64,000 nucleotides of DNA from Octopus vulgaris (taxonomy: Eukaryota), in NCBI GenBank assembly GCA_951406725.2, contig OX597825.1:25234001-25298000 (forward strand), read 5' to 3'. The position numbers and the translations under genes are program-made. Position 1 is the first letter of the stretch, and each line of letters starts with the position of its first letter. This document shows, one piece after another, positions 50,989 through 62,517 of the stretch. The notes below the pieces were generated by a model, which saw only the letters and a list, made by a program, of their open reading frames with translations, was not told the DNA's origin and did no database searches.

Positions 50989-51678
50989 ACAAAAAAAACA
51001 AAAAACAAACAACAAAAAACAAAAAAAAAACTACAAAAAAACCTGAAAGTTGGAAATTAGCATCAACTGAAAATGATGTCTAACTACTAATAGAGTTAAT
51101 TACTTTTCTAAGAACGGTATAATTAATGCAGCCTGGACTGCTTCACACAGTCGTGATCCAGTGACAAGTTGTTTTCTCTAGTTGCAGACTAAGCATACAG
51201 AGACTGATTTGGTTCCAATTATTGGCGATTACATAAGCTAAAATAATGAGAAAGAAATTGCTTTGCTCAGAAACAACGATATACGCTCTTCTGTCGAGAC
51301 CAGACGATTTTGTTTTGTTTGTGAACAAAAACAATTTATTCTACGTTTACTAACAATTACGGGCAACAATTAACCGCTTAGTTTTTATTTTCCTTCTCCA
51401 ATTAAGAGACAAATTTCGTTTCATTAATAACTGTTTGCATATGCTATTCAGTACATTAGTAACTACTGCGGTCGAGAGCGCTACCAATGAGTTGATTGGT
51501 CAGTCAAACATATAAACGCTTTACTGACTTTAAAATTTCGTTAATACACTGAAAAGACAATAATCAATAAGATGAGAACGAAAGTTTCTTGTGGCAAAAT
51601 TACATTTTCTTACAAGTTTTTTTTCTCCTAAAAAGAAAAATAAGACGTAGTTGTGCTATCTTTCGTCTTTTGTCGTTC

Positions 51679-52072
51679 ACTAGCAGTATCGCCCGGCGTT
51701 GCTCGGGTTTGTTTCGACCCTTTAGGATTGGAATTTTTGAAAAGTAAAACTTTTGCACTATGTAGCTTGTTATTCTCTTTAAGTGAACATTTTTCTGGTT
51801 GAAATACACCGAAAAATGACGACACAGCAGTCAAAAAATCGTAAACAATAGGGATTTTCATAGAAAAATAAATGCACCTTTTTGATGTAAATAATTTTTG
51901 GTGTTAACATGGTCCGATTTGAATTTTATCTTCTACGGAATGAAGAGCAAGCCTTCTTCTATCATACTCTCAATTTCGGTCAACTTGCGCCACAGGGTCT
52001 CGGAGGAGATAGTGTTAGTTGAAGGCTACCAAACCTGTCATACACAGACAACTTCAGCTTTATATATAGAGA
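51679..52072 (+). mobile_element. Helentron-like non-autonomous element
   Basis: ACTAGCAGTATCGCCCGGCGTTGCTCGGG ... CTTCAGCTTTATATATAGA. Confidence 0.6.
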
Positions 52073-52331
52073 GATTTGCGCCATTCAGTGAACTGCGGTC
52101 ATGCTGGGGCACCACTTTGAACGATTTTTGCCGAACAAATCGTTCTCGGTATACTTATGTTTTAAAGTCTGGTATATATTCTATCAATCTGTTTTGCCGA
52201 GCCGCTAAGTTACGAGGACGTAAACAAACTGACGCTTGTTGTCAAGGTGTGTGTGGGGGCATACACAGTCACAAAGACACCCCACACATACATTTATGCA
52301 CAAGGGGCTTCTACATAGTTTCCGTCTAAAC

Positions 52332-53279
52332 CAAGGGTTCTCAACTGAGGTCTATATGGCCCCTGAGGGTTCATATAAGATTTTTGGAGGTCCACGCAAC
52401 AAAATAGTAAATCGGGGATCTACAATAGTATTTTAAGGGCCCCCGAAAAATGTTTGCTTTAGATGTGTGTATTGGTATGTATTGCAAGAAACAGTCAGGT
52501 TTCTTTCTCTAACATTTTACTTAGTTCCACCTCTGCAAGTTAATGTGTGAGAAACAAAATAGAAATTTTGAAAGAGAGAGATCGTTAGCCACTAGACACA
52601 TTTTTTCTCTCCTTGTTTCTCTCCTTGTTTTTTTTTCTGTGTCCATTTCTGTAGAAGAGCGTAGGCTCGAAACGTAAAAGACGTTTTGTATTCCTGAGCG
52701 TTATATTAATACATCTGTTTGTTTTGTACACCACCAATCTTCATCTTTTGTTTTTTTCGTAAACTCTCCCTATATATAAAACTAGTTTTTTAAACGTTGA
52801 ATGGCTACTGGGGTCCACCGGAATGGAATGGGAAGCACTCCGTCGGTTACGACGACGAGGGTTCCGGTTGATCCGAATCAACGGAACAGCCTGCTCGTGA
52901 AATTAACGTGTAAGTGGCTGAGCACTCCACAGACACGTGTACCCTTAACGTAGTTCTCGGGGATATTCAGCGTGACACAGAGAGTGACAAGGCCGGCCCT
53001 TTGAAATACAGGTACAACAGAAACAGGAAGTAAGAGTGAGAGAAAGTTGTGGTGAAAGAGTACAGCAGGGATCACCACCATCCCCTGCTGAAGCCTCGTG
53101 GAGCTTTAGGTGTTTTCGCTCAATAAACACTCACAACGCCCGGTCTGGGAATCGAAACCGCGATCCTATGACCGCGTGTCCGCTGCCCTAAGCACTGGGC
53201 CATTGCGCCTCCACAGGCCCACCGGATTACAATAGTAATCAAAGGGGTCCATAGATAAACAAATTGTTGAGAAATCCTG
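52332..53279. mobile_element. Non-autonomous hAT (Charlie-like) element with nested inserts
   Basis: TIRs CAAGGGTTCTCAAC / GTTGAGAAATCCTG; 8-bp TSD GTCTAAAC / ATCTAAAC. Confidence 0.7.
52831..53213 (-). mobile_element. SINE family C
   Basis: Near-identical to 15722-16103. Confidence 0.85.
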
Positions 53280-53612
53280 ATCTAAACGATCAAACTTGGA
53301 TACACAGATCACAGTGATCCTCATTGACTCACATGTGTCAGGCTGTCATTTAAAACAGTCGTTCATTTGTTTTAATTAATATTATTTTCGTGCAGGGACG
53401 TTTTCACCTGAATACAAATATAAAATTTTCATGTTTGTTCATTTTCTCATTTATTTATTCATGTTGTTTTTTTACTTGTGTGTTTTTTTAATGTCATAAA
53501 TGCCATCAGTCTATTATTAATGCGAGGTCACGTTAAATTATAAAACATAATGATCAATATAAATATAATTATATTTCGTTTAAATAATTGGAAACTAACA
53601 CTGCGCTTGTAT

Positions 53613-53683
53613 GGAGATATAGCTCAATGGTAGAGCATTCGAATGCAGAGTGAGAGGCTTCCGATTCGAACCCGAGCGGCCCT
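53613..53683 (+). pseudogene. tRNA-Cys pseudogene
   Basis: GGAGATATAGCTCAATGGTAGAGCATTCGAATGCAGAGTGAGAGG...ATTCGAACCCGAGCGGCCCT; stems disrupted. Confidence 0.75.
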
Positions 53684-53766
53684 GTACTAAATTTTTCTTT
53701 TAAAAAATATATTAATACTTTTTCTCATCCTTCGTTTTCGCATTGTAGAATACTGTATTTATATAA

Positions 53767-53983
53767 GGCGGCGAGCTGGCAGAAGCGTTAGCACGCCGGG
53801 CGAAATGCTGAGAGGTATTCCGTCAGCCGTTACGTTCTGAGTTCAAATTCCGCCAAGGTCGACTTTGCCTTTCATCCTTTCGGGGTCGATAAATTAAGTA
53901 CCAGTTACGCACTGGAGTCGATGTAATCGACTTAATCCGTTTGTTTGTCTCTGTTTAGCCCCTTGTGGGCAATAAAGAAATAA
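53767..53983 (+). mobile_element. SINE family B
   Basis: GGCGGCGAGCTGGCAGAAGCGTTAGC...AAAGAAATAAG. Confidence 0.85.
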
Positions 53984-53989
53984 GAATAC

Positions 53990-54044
<55 letters not shown>

Positions 54045-54081
54045 GTGTATGTGTGTGTCTATACTTACGTACATACATACA

Positions 54082-54117
<36 letters not shown>

Positions 54118-54119
54118 CC

Positions 54120-54330
54120 TTTCTATTATAGGTACAAGGCCTGAAACTTTTGGGAAGAGGGTAAGTCGATAACATTGATCCTAGTGCGTAACTGGTACTT
54201 ATTTAATCGACCCCGAAAAGATGAAAGGCAAAGTCGACCTCGGCGGAATTTGAACTCAGAACGTAAAGGCAGACCAAATACGGCTACGCATTTCGCCCGG
54301 TGTGCTAACGTTTCTGCCAGCTCGCCGCCT
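54120..54330 (-). mobile_element. SINE family B (alternative tail)
   Basis: GCCAGCTCGCCGCC head on the minus strand, core domain present. Confidence 0.8.
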
Positions 54331-54396
54331 TTTAAAAGTAGAGAAAATATTCTACAAAGCAAAAGGAATGAAAATGTATCTTTTACAAGAGAACGC

Positions 54397-54466
54397 AGAG
54401 GGGTTCGAACTTGGAACGTGGAACTCTCGATTTGCAGGTGAATGGTCTACCACTAAGCTACAACCC
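54397..54466 (-). pseudogene. tRNA-Cys pseudogene
   Basis: Minus strand GGGTTGTAGCTTAGTGGTAGACCATTCACCTGCAAATCGAGAG...GTTCGAACCCC. Confidence 0.65.
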
Positions 54467-54577
54467 GAGTTAGCGGTAGAATTAGTTTATAATTATTTAA
54501 ACAAAATATATTTCCATTGATTATCGAGTTTTATGATGTAACGTGACCTCGCACTAATGAAAGAATTATGTCATACA

Positions 54578-54613
<36 letters not shown>

Positions 54614-54669
54614 TATATACATATACATACTTACATACATACATACACACACACACGCACACACATATA

Positions 54670-56262
54670 GTAGTAATAGAAAAAGGGGAATTTCGATTAT
54701 CCCCACGTGCTGAGTTGTAATATATATAAGAAATTAAAAAAGTAAAATTCACATACTTTGCATAGTTTTAATACAATTTTTAATATATCAACCGGTTTCG
54801 CTTTCGCTATTACTGTGAAATTTGGTTTGATGATGTTATCTGCATATTTTTCTATATGTTCACTGAGAGGAATTTGCCTGTATTGCGGGAAACGGATTTG
54901 GTCTTTATGTAGAGTGGTTCTCCGTCTCAAGGTCATATTTGTCTGCCTAATATAGTAGTGTCCGCAATCCGAGCAGGTTATTACATCGAGGGTAACTAAT
55001 ATTGCCTCTTCATTAATTGTTTTTGGTAGGTTTCTAGCATGTCTAAATCGTTTCTAATGAAACATTTGCTGTATTTCAGCAAGGGTTTCAGTAGGATATC
55101 TAGGAAATTGCTTAGGCGGTGGCTTTCACAGGCTGGCCCAGCTACAATGGGTCTTAAAGTTAAGTCTTCTGGCGTTTGGATATTTATGTATTTGCCTGGT
55201 GCTTGTTTGCAGGCTTCATTGATTATCTTGCTCTTGTGTATTTTAGGAAGGCTGGGTTTACATTTGAAGCTCGTGATGTAGTCTGATTCTTTTTCTATCA
55301 GGCCTTTTCCACATAGAAGAATTAAGGAAGCAAGATTTTTCGTGATTTTTTGTTGCTTATAGTTTATAACTTTTTCGTAGAAGGCCTCGTTTTCTGGCAT
55401 GGATAATACTAGGTTTTTACAGTGTTCTGCATTTCCTTTATCTGCTTCTTTAATTTTCAGGTCTTTGTCGATTTGTAGCTCAATTAAAATTTTCCATTCT
55501 AGATTGTTGTGGTTCGAATTAATTTTTCGTTTATGGGATGTATACGGGAAATTTGGGATATGGTCACAGAAGTCATCCAGTGTTTTATTCCTACCCTTAT
55601 GTGGAAAGTAATTACTTCTGTTTTTGACCAGTGATTCATCTTCGTTGTCGTAGACAGTTAGTGCTTCTGCGAGTCGTAGTTTTCTGCAGAATTCCGAAAT
55701 ATTGTCTTTAATTTCATTATGGTTAGATTTTCGTAGGGTTGGAGTAAACTTTAAACCTTTGGCTAGTATATCGATTTTTGTTATAGAGAGAGAGTTTTCT
55801 TTGATAAGTTAATTACTTTGGGTTTCTCCTGTAAGTTTTGTTCCAACGTGTGTCCTTGTTTCTCTCCACTCGGTCTAAAAAATGTTTATTGTAATATGGT
55901 TGGTAGAAGTTATTGGTATTTTTATTGTTATTAATTAAATCAGTATTATTAGTACTTATATTTGGATTGCTTGGAGGTTGGTGTTGCTGTCTGGGTAAAC
56001 TGGTTGGGAGGACGGGGTTAGGGTTTCTTCGTAGGAATGAATTGTTGGGGTGCTTAATTATGTTTAGAATACTGGGGAGCTGGTTATGCTGTTTGGGTAA
56101 ATAGGATGAGAATCCGTAGGTTGAGTTTCTCCGTTGAGGGGTGAAGGGGTCTCTTGGATGTTTCTAGTTGCTGGGGAGAAAAAATTACTCCTATCTCCTG
56201 GTTGGTTTCTTCTAGTGTTTCTAATAGATGAGTAGACCCTGTTATTAGATAGAGAATGGTAA
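54670..56262 (-). mobile_element. Penelope-like retroelement with internal deletion (RT N-part fused to GIY-YIG endonuclease)
   Basis: IDILAKGLKFTPT; SLPKIHK...LRPIVAGPACESHRLSNFLDILLKP; ILVTLDV directly joined to ITCSDCGHYYIRQTNMTLRRRTTLH. Confidence 0.85.
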
Positions 56263-56401
56263 AGTAAACATCTACCCCAATTACTGTGACTTTGTTCACG
56301 AAGTCAAGCCGTAATTAATGTTATGGATGTTCCCGCATCGGTATAACAACAATAATAATGATATATTTCTTTATACATTTGTTCGTGTAAGAGCAACGTG
56401 A

Positions 56402-56439
56402 GGGGATATAGCTCAGTGGTAGAGCATTCGACTGCAGAT
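56402..56439 (+). pseudogene. tRNA-Cys 5' half (local templated duplication)
   Basis: GGGGATATAG...CTGCAGAT then unrelated flank; preceded by the same TAAGAGCAACGTGA leader as 56530. Confidence 0.8.
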
Positions 56440-56529
56440 GAGGTGACGTTACAAAATCAATAATAATAATAAATACAAGTGCATGTATATTTTGTTCAAA
56501 TAGATTAAAATAAGATAAGAGCAACGTGA

Positions 56530-56601
56530 GGGGATATAGCTCAGTGGTAGAGCATTCGACTGCAGATCGAGAGGTCCCCGGTTCGAACCCGGGTGTCCCC
56601 T
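56530..56601 (+). tRNA. tRNA-Cys(GCA)
   Basis: Canonical sequence, T-run follows. Confidence 0.96.
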
Positions 56602-56690
56602 TCAGTTTTTTTTTCAATCCATTTTAAATTAAGGAAAATGTTTAATTCCAACGTTTATAAGAGGAAGAAAATTGCAATGCATAAAAGGTT

Positions 56691-56762
56691 GGGGATATAG
56701 CTCAGTGGTAGAGCATTCGACTGCAGATCGAGAGGTCCCCGGTTCGAACCCGGGTGTCCCCT
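56691..56762 (+). tRNA. tRNA-Cys(GCA) lacking a proximal terminator
   Basis: Canonical body; first T4+ run only at ~56888. Confidence 0.92.
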
Positions 56763-57428
56763 TCATATAATGAAAATGTTTAATGCCTTGGGCGATGGGT
56801 CAGTATTCTGTGTTTGTACTCTTTCGGATGTTGATTGTTTGATCTAGGTGGACGTGTATTTATTTCTGTAGATGTACTTGTTCTGGATTTTTTTTTAGGA
56901 AGGGGTTATCTGAAGTGTAGTCTCTTTTAAACTGAGCTTCATAACTAAGGAAGAAGTTAACACTATTTTCCCCCATCGTTGCAGGAGGAAAAGAAATCAC
57001 CAACTACACACGTGTAGTTACATTGCTGTGTTTGTTTCCTTTTCTGCTTGACAACTGGTGATGGTTTGTTTCTGTTCCAGTAAGTTTAGCGCTTCGGCCA
57101 ATGAGACCGATAAAATAAGAAACAGATTTGAAAGTTGTTGCGTTGCGTTAGACATCAATATCGTAATATTCAAGTACTTTAAATCGATAGACTGTCTGAA
57201 TCGATAGGGCGTTGGATAAGACCCCTGATGGTAAATTGCATCTTCTTACGTTCACAGCTCAAAAATGAAGTCTGCTTTGCCTCCATATTTTCGAGATCGA
57301 TAAAATAAGTATCTGTTAAGCTGGAAGATCGATATTAACATCTATAGCTCCTGACCTCACAAAATTAGTATAATTTCATTAACTAGTTTCGAGGTGGTTG
57401 CCTCTTATCAATGGCCTCTTATAAGTAT

Positions 57429-57586
57429 AGGAGTGGCTGTGTGGTAAGTAGCTTGCTTACGAACCACATGGTTCCGGGTTCAGTTCCATTGCGTGGCACC
57501 TTGGGCAAGTGTCTTCTACTATAGCTTCGGGCCGACCAAAGCCTTGTGAGTGGATTTGGTAGTCGGAAACTAAAAGAATCCCGTCG

Positions 57587-57620
<34 letters not shown>

Positions 57621-57960
57621 TGTATGTATGTATGTATGTATGTATGTATGTATGTATGTATGTATGTATGTATGTATGTATGTATGTATGTATGTATGTA
57701 TGTATGTATGTATGTATGTATATATATCTATATCTGTGTGCGTGTGTATGTTTGTGTGTCTGTATTTGTTCCCACAAAATCGCTTGACAACCGTTGCTGG
57801 TGTGTTTACGTCCCCGTAACTTAGCGGTTCTACAAAAAAGAGATCGATAGAATAAGTACTAAGCTTACAAAGAATAAGTCCTGGGGTCGATTTGCTCGGC
57901 TAAAAAGGCGGTGCTCCAGCATGGCCACAATAAAATGACTGAAACAAGTAAAAGAGTAAA
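57429..57960 (+). mobile_element. SINE family A with expanded (TATG)n
   Basis: Full head and tail present. Confidence 0.85.
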
Positions 57961-58243
57961 CTGCAAGATGGCGAGCTGGCAGATTCGTTAGCGTATTGAG
58001 CAAAATACTAAGCAGCATATCTTCTGGCTCTTTACCTTTTGAGTTCAAATCCCATCGAAGTCAATATTGGCTTTCATCCTTTCGGGGTCGATAAAGTGAA
58101 GTACCTGTGAGTAAATGTAATCAAATGGCCTCCTCCCCGCGAGATTTCAGGTTTTGTACCTGTATGAGAAAGAGTCATTTCATCAACTGGCAGTTATATG
58201 TTGAACTCCACAAAATTATGTGGAAGCACGTCGTATACATACG

Positions 58244-58280
<37 letters not shown>

Positions 58281-58449
58281 ATGCGTGTGCAGTCTACAAA
58301 AGTATTGTAACCTCTTAATTGTATGCCAATCAGGCAACGCTATGGAAACAATAAAAAAACGTGTAACAGTTGAAAACCCGAAATATAAAATAAATGAAAG
58401 AAATCTAATAATTTCAAATTAGAAAAAAAACAAAACAAAAAAAAACTGA

Positions 58450-58521
58450 AGGGGACACCCGGGTTCGAACCAGGGACCTCTCGATCTGCAGTCGAATGCT
58501 CTACCACTGAGCTATATCCCC
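58450..58521 (-). tRNA. tRNA-Cys(GCA), T-stem U:G variant
   Basis: Reverse complement of the 26601-type gene; A-run (terminator) at lower coordinates. Confidence 0.95.
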
Positions 58522-58612
58522 AACTCGCATACATCACAATGTTCCTCCTCTTATAAACGTTGGCATTAAACATTTTCATTCATTTAAAATGGAATGAAAA
58601 AAGAAAATCTGA

Positions 58613-58684
58613 AGGGGACACCCGGGTTCGAACCGGGGACCTCTCGATCTGCAGTCGAATGCTCTACCACTGAGCTTTATCCCC
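58613..58684 (-). tRNA. tRNA-Cys(GCA) with U8A change
   Basis: GGGGATAAAGCTC 5' end, otherwise canonical. Confidence 0.8.
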
Positions 58685-58777
58685 AACACTCATACATCGC
58701 AATTTTTCTCCTCTTATAAACGTTGGCATTAAACATTTTCATTAATTTAAAATGGAATGAAAAAAAAAAAACTCTGA

Positions 58778-58849
58778 AGGAGACCCATGGATTCGAACAG
58801 GGCACCTCTCGATCTGCAGTCAAATGGTCTACCACTGGGCTATATCCCC
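58778..58849 (-). pseudogene. tRNA-Cys pseudogene
   Basis: Multiple substitutions in the D, T and acceptor stems; GCA retained. Confidence 0.75.
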
Positions 58850-58943
58850 AAACTGGTATGCTGTCGGTATTTTCCTCCTCCTATAAACGTTGGAATTAAA
58901 CATTTTCCTTAATTTATAATGGAATGAAAAAAAAAAAACCTGA

Positions 58944-59015
58944 AGGGGACACCCGGGTTCGAACCGGGGACCTCTCGATCTGCAGTCGAATGCTCTACCA
59001 CTGAGCTATATCCCC
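58944..59015 (-). tRNA. tRNA-Cys(GCA)
   Basis: Exact reverse complement of the canonical gene. Confidence 0.96.
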
Positions 59016-59379
59016 TCACGTTGCTCTTACCTTATTTTAATCTATTTAAACAAAATATACATGCTCTTGTATTGATTATTTTTATTGATGTTATCACGTG
59101 ACCTCATTTAACGACATGTGTGGGAAAGAAGTTGAAAAAAAAAACACGAACAAATGTATAAAGAAATATATCATTATTATTATTATTGTTATACCGAGGT
59201 GAGAACACCCATAACATTAATTACGGCTTGACTTCGTGAACAAAGTCACAGTTATTGAGGTAGTTGTTTATTTCACATGCTGGGCTGCAAATGTTAACAA
59301 GGTCAATATGAAACAGGTTGGCCCAGTTACAGCAGGTACAAAGGAAATTCTATTCTACGTTTCGATGCTGCTGTATCAA

Positions 59380-61075
59380 GGGCAGCCATGAGAATTCCCA
59401 AGCGAGGAGACAGACAGGTGAATGACACCAAACACTTGCAAATGGAGATTATTGCAGACCATTAGTGATGGTCAATAAAGCAAGCGCCAAAGAGTCTCTT
59501 CAGAGAATCCTTGTAATCTGTTTTTTCGGTGTCCCTTTAACACGGTCGTGTGTGGCGGTTTCGCCTCACAGCGCAATCTTTGGCAGGCATCGAACCTACG
59601 TTATGGAAACGCGTCTTCCTCATTGCAGCAGCGATTTGTGGAAGGCAGTTTCATTGTTGGCGATTTCCAGCTGCGACGCCATTGCTTGCTGAGTATAGAG
59701 TAAAGGCGACACTGTTCGAAGCATTCAATGGGTCGTAGGTGGTTACGGTGTGCAACCCACCACTCAGATGAGTACAGGATAGTGGTGATGGTCAGCACAA
59801 CAGGTCTGTACAAACTGATATTTGTGTCGAAATTCAGATGCTTGGTGTTCCAGGTTCTTTCGTACAGATTACCGAATATACTGCTTGGTTTGCCAGCCAG
59901 TTGTCAAATTCTTTGTCGTTCTTAGCGTCTAATGAAATTATGCACATCAGGTTTGCTGAACTGACGGGACGATCTTGGTCCAGTCTCACCGATGGTGGTG
60001 CAAGAAGAGTGATTGTTTTTTTTAAGTTTGAGCAGTTGCAAAACTTCTGACTTCTTCACGTTGACTTCCACTCCAAAGAGATCTTTAGTCAATGAGTAGC
60101 AGGGCTGACTTCGATTGGACAACACATACAGCATCACTGGCAAAAACTGGCTACTGCATGGATTTTTGCAGCATATTTTCGGTTGAAGTTGAACAGGCTG
60201 ACATTTGTGTGGCATCAATCGAAAGATCGCCTAAGCTAATCGAAGTCTTCTTTGGATCTTACTGGTTTCATGCTGAAGAAGATGCCGAAAAGAGAAAGTG
60301 CAAGGAGGTAGCCATACTTTACACCGGTTTCTATTGGTAATGATTTCAATAGTTCATTGTTGTATTTGACTTGACTACACTGACCCTTATGTAATTGGTT
60401 GACTATATTCAGGAATTTTGGGGGATATTTTTCGGGGATATCTCAGTTGTTTCATAGTTATCCACAGACCATGCCTGCTTTCAGTATAGAACACATTGGT
60501 AAAGTCTACGAACGTTTCAAACAGTCCCTTGTTCTTATCCCTATAAATCTTTTGGACCTGCCTTAGTACCACCATACTGATGATGCTCCTTTTGACACTG
60601 ATTCCATATTAGCTCTCTGAGAGATTTGTGAAATGAGGGACACCAGTTTGTTCAAGAGTATTTTTCCGAAGATTTTTCCTGAGATAGAGAGCAAAATTAT
60701 CCACCGTCAGTTAAAGCAGTTGGGCTTTCCTTTTTGTTCTTGTACAGAGTGATGATGTCTGCATCACAAAGGTTCTGTGCTAACTTACTTTGTTCACACA
60801 TGAAGTTTAGCATAGAACGGTGGGACGCCGTCCTTCCAATTCTCTGATGCGCTACCGGGTGTTTCTCCACTATTTCAACTGCTCTATCGTCCTGGCACTT
60901 TTGTTTATAGTTAGAAACTTGTTTGGGTTTGTTGTATTCCACTGTTGTGGTATCGCAGGCGGTACTGTGGAGAGTTTCAAAATGTCCTGACCGCCTGTTC
61001 AGGATAGACGTCCTGCCAATCTGCACTGCATAGATTATCCTGCCAATCTGCACTGCATAGATTATCTACAACGCT
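59380..61075 (-). pseudogene. Decayed RTE (BovB-like) LINE ORF
   Basis: LCDADIITLYKNK; YRDKNKGLFETFVDFTNVFYTESRHGLW; FGVEVNVKKSEVL; YRPVVLTITTILYSSEWW...HLRPIECFEQCRLYSIL. Confidence 0.8.
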
Positions 61076-61361
61076 TTTGTGTCGATCTGTTTCAATGTTC
61101 TTTTTTATAAGCTTATGAAACGGAAAGGGCAATTAGATAAGATTTATTGTCTTTGTGATACCAAGAATTGAGAAACTGAGAGTCTACACGATGGTTGAGT
61201 ATTTTGTAAGAGAGAATTTCTGTGGTATACATCGCTTATTAATTTTTCAGAAAGAGAGAAAACTCAAGAGAGAAAACCCATACCCCAACCCCCAATATAG
61301 TTAGTGAATTGGCTGAGTCGCTAGAGCTTTGGCGACAATAGAAAAAAAAAAAAAAACGATA

Positions 61362-61665
61362 AACGTCGCCCTTTTCAAGCCTAGCCAACCTCATGGGCCC
61401 GGTTTCCCGGTTTCTGTGGCGTATGTGTTCTCCCCAGCTGGACGGGACGCTAGTCCATCACAGCATTACTCAAGAAACAGGAAGAGAGAGTGAGAGAAAG
61501 TTGGGGCGAAAGAGTACAATAGGGGTCACCACCACTCCCTGCCGGAGCCTCGTAGAACTTTAGGTGTTTTCGCTCAAGAAACACACACAACACACGGTCT
61601 GGGAATCAAACCACGATCCTCCGACCGCGAGTCCGCTGCCCTAACCACTGGGCCATTGCGCTCCA
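61362..61665 (-). mobile_element. SINE family C variant
   Basis: CCACTGGGCCATTGCGCTCC is the reverse complement of the family C head. Confidence 0.75.
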
Positions 61666-62517
61666 CTTTGGAGACAATATTTCGGGTTATTTGTTTCATA
61701 TCTCTGCGCTCTGAGTTCAAATTCTGCCAAGGTCAACTTTGACCTACATCCTCTTGGGATTCGATTAAAAAAACAAAACAAAACAATCTAATGTAGTGGA
61801 TTGGCTGAACTTCAAGAACATTGAACCGAATTTCTTGCGATATACGTTTCGGTTCTTTGCGTTTTGAGTTCAAATCCTGCCATGACCTACTTGGGTACTG
61901 ACTTAACACCACTACTTTGCTACTTTTGTGACTTGAGCGGATCTCACGCTGGCGCAAGCATTCAGGCCAGGTTTCGGCCCCTTTCTACTTCTCTTCCACC
62001 TTTGTCAGAGGCCCTGTAACGAATCATGGAAACTGACATTCCCTCTTGAGGCGTGTGGGGCGGGTGGGGTGAAAGAGAAAAATAAAAGATGCAGTGATTT
62101 ATTTTACTTGTTTACTTCAGCAAGTGTATTTCAAAAGTTTTAGATTAACAAATTCTTGCATAAAATGTAATTCTTCATGAATGTTTGGAATGTAGCTCCA
62201 GTTTCTAAATGTATTGGCGATGCAAATATAGCACCACTTATAAATGATTGTGATGCAAAGTATCATAGAATTGATGTTTTATGGAGTTTGTCTTCAGAAA
62301 GATGGGAAAAAATTTGAAGTATCTGTATAAAAAGCGAAGATGCTTTAATTGCGTTTCTTCACGCTATACTAACGAAGAAAAAGCAATTAAGATTCCAATT
62401 AAGCTAAACAAAACTTCAAGTAGACATTGTTTAGGCTAGATGGTGCATTGTCTTATTTCATTCCAATATAACTGGAAGAGAGAGAGAGACATAAGACAGT
62501 TAGGTATATGCTAGGTG

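Noticed and set aside
56402-56601. Intron-containing or split tRNA-Cys (break just after the anticodon loop)
   Set aside because: The intervening sequence is ordinary upstream flank (present in the 59 kb paralogue) followed by a complete tRNA, which is better explained as a templated duplication.
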